Below the pieces are notes generated by a model, which saw nothing but the letters and a program-made list of their open reading frames with translations, was not told the DNA's origin and ran no database searches. A DNA stretch of 55,702 nucleotides, the filler included, from Sluysia triapertura (taxonomy: Eukaryota), in the NCBI GenBank assembly GCA_046118255.1. It is 4 parts of 4 records of this genome, joined end to end, with 100 filler letters (N's around TTAATTAATTAA, not from the genome) between each part and the next. Parts side by side here need not be neighbours in the genome. Positions count along the whole stretch, not along the records: positions 44,268 to 55,702 come from JBJNIA010184768.1; 3 more parts are not named here. One strand, given 5' to 3'. Within the stretch, counting starts at the first letter, position 1, and the number at the start of each line of letters is the position of its first letter. Shown here in pieces: positions 53,291 through 55,702 of the stretch. A program made the translations under genes and the position numbers.

Positions 53291-55702
53291 ATTTAAAATT
53301 AGAGTTATATAAAACTTATACAAAAAACTCTACCTAAACATGGAACTGAAATTTGCAATCTGGTAAGCTTCGATATTAAATGATTGCTAAATTCTGTGTT
53401 GCCGAATTGTAAATTATAATTCCAGAATTTTATGGTTTATATGTTAAAATCTGCCATATTGACATTAATTGTTGATATTTCTTTAAAAATAATCCGTTAA
53501 AACAAAATTTCATTTTTATTAATTTTCATGTTTAATAATAAAATTATTTATACTAAAAATCAAATATTTCATTTTAATTTTCTAAACGTTTACTTAATTT
53601 TTATTATATTAATTTTTATAATAAAAATAATATTTAAATCAAATAATATTTAAATTATTAACATAAATATTGCTTTATAAAAATGATATTTAATTAAATA
53701 ATAAAATATTATTAAAAATAAATAATTAAATGTAATCAAAAAAATGTTATTCCATTTATCAAAAATGTTATTTCCAATAGAACATTGAATCGATATTCAT
53801 TGGTTGATGAGTGATATATAAACTAGCATCAGTTTAATGAGAATCACCATTTTAAATCTACCACTTTGAAAATTTACCAATTTTTTAACTATTCCATATT
53901 GATCAGTCGTTTTTAAGACTATCGTATCTTATTAAGCGAATCAGAGAAGATTTTTTATTGATTCCATGTTAAATGTAAGTTATTTTGTATAAGGTGATAC
54001 TAATTTTGAATGATAAAATTGGTATCTTAAGATACAGGTAAATTTAAATTTCTAAAGAAAAAGTTAACTTTTCCGGTAAATTGAGGGACAAAATGCAGGT
54101 AAATTAAAGCATCAACAAAAAAAGTTAGACTAAAATAGATTTAACTTTAATATTTATAAATAATTTTATTATTTCTTCTTTCTTAATATAATTTCTACAA
54201 TCTTTGTAAATTGTTGAATTTTTGAATAATAAAATGTTTGAATTTTATTTCATTGATAATTGTATTGTAATAAGCTTTATTTATAAAATATTATTGGATA
54301 AAGACATTTTTATAAGTATCAAATTGATTAGTAGTCTTGAATCCTTGCAATTATGATTAAGTTAATTGCTAAATTATCAAGTTGTAAGACGTTTACTGTA
54401 ACTGAACCCTGCTAAAAAATATTTTGCCTCAGGTTATGTATTAGAGAAAAACTTGGTTCATAATAATAATAATAATAATAGTAATAAAAATAATATTATA
54501 ATCATCATCATAAAATATAAATGAAGGTTTATGAATCTATGAAAATAAACAACAAATAATTTATGAAAACGTAAAATATTTTAATAATTTTTGGCAAAAT
54601 AAAATTTTTGCTTATTTATGTTTATTTTGTTGTTTCTAACACAAATACTAATGCACACAGAAAAGAGACAATAATTGGGGGTTCAGCGATCGTGATATTT
54701 GAAGAGCTAAAGATGATACATTTTTATTCGACTGTGTAATGTTAATAAGTTTAGAATGTTTTCTCGCTAGATCATGTAATAAGATCAATTGTATAGGTTC
54801 AGATGGTTGTTCCTATGGTAATTAATTTTGTTGACTTATTGGAGCAGAAAACATATCTGAGTGGATATCTATATTTTTATTCTTTTGATGTATTAAGATT
54901 TGTGTGCCATTTTGATTGTTATTGTTAGCATTTGTTATCTTTTTGTTATCTCGACATGGTTGTCGGAGTATAAAGTAAAGGATCAACATTTTCTAAAGTT
55001 TTCCGAATATTATAAGCATATTTATTAATTAATTTAATTAAATTTGTTTAAAAAAACAATTTCACTCAATAATCTCGCGCAGGATGAAATACAAACACCG
55101 ACATAATACGAATCATGTCAACGTAATTGACGTAAAATTATCAGTTTTAATTAATTTTCTTCATTAAATTTCTGTATATTATAATGAGCGTACGTAGTAA
55201 AAGTATATATCAAATTAATGCTTATTAAGAGCTCATTTTATATATATGTTATTTAATTTGACATACCATTAATGTGCTAGACATTATTTCAAAAGTTATT
55301 ATTGAAAATAAGTTTTATATTTGATTCAATTTTAGTTGATGTATCATTTTTATCAATAAGTATTGTTATAATCATTATGTTAAATTTTAATTTTATTATT
55401 TTAAAAAGATAAGAGTTTGTTTGTCACAAAACATATTATTTTTGATAATTTCTAGATAATACTAAGACAAAAATTCGACGGAAATTAATGTTCAAATCGA
55501 TTAATACAATTGGTCGTCATAAATTAATAAGCATGCACAACATCATTGAATTTTATGAACGAAATAAAAAGAAATAACCTTTTCCAAGGTTTTATATGTT
55601 AAAGTATTAAAGTACATTTCTTAATTAATTTAGTTAAAATTTGTTTAATTTGATAAATTAAGCACATTCACAGATCTAGAGCTTCCGAGTAAAAGATTCA
55701 GA

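Overview
Very AT-rich eukaryotic (metazoan-type) DNA made of four assembly segments joined by artificial 100-nt N44-TTAATTAATTAA-N44 linkers (13088-13187, 28917-29016, 44168-44267), so adjacency across linkers is not assured. Recognisable genes: the 3' exons of TAF5 (- strand, 9057-11254), a complete eIF5 (+, 14094-15160, 32-nt intron), three 5' exons of DNA ligase IV (-, 33005-38721) and the terminal exon of a J-domain gene (-, 17974-18132). The 32-37-nt introns alongside kb-sized ones suggest a compact-intron invertebrate such as a parasitic flatworm (inference only). The rest is decayed material: a frameshifted ZW10-like sequence joined to a MLCK/DAPK-type kinase fragment, hAT, piggyBac, pogo and mariner remnants, MITEs, two unclassified dispersed repeat families and (AAT)n microsatellites. 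The two most notable signals are (1) a 247-bp foldback palindrome of two divergent tRNA-Ala-like genes whose differences cluster in the anticodon arm, and (2) an intron-split, poor-context uORF overlapping the eIF5 start codon, matching the known eIF5 autoregulatory design. All family assignments are by-eye motif recognition; no searches were run.
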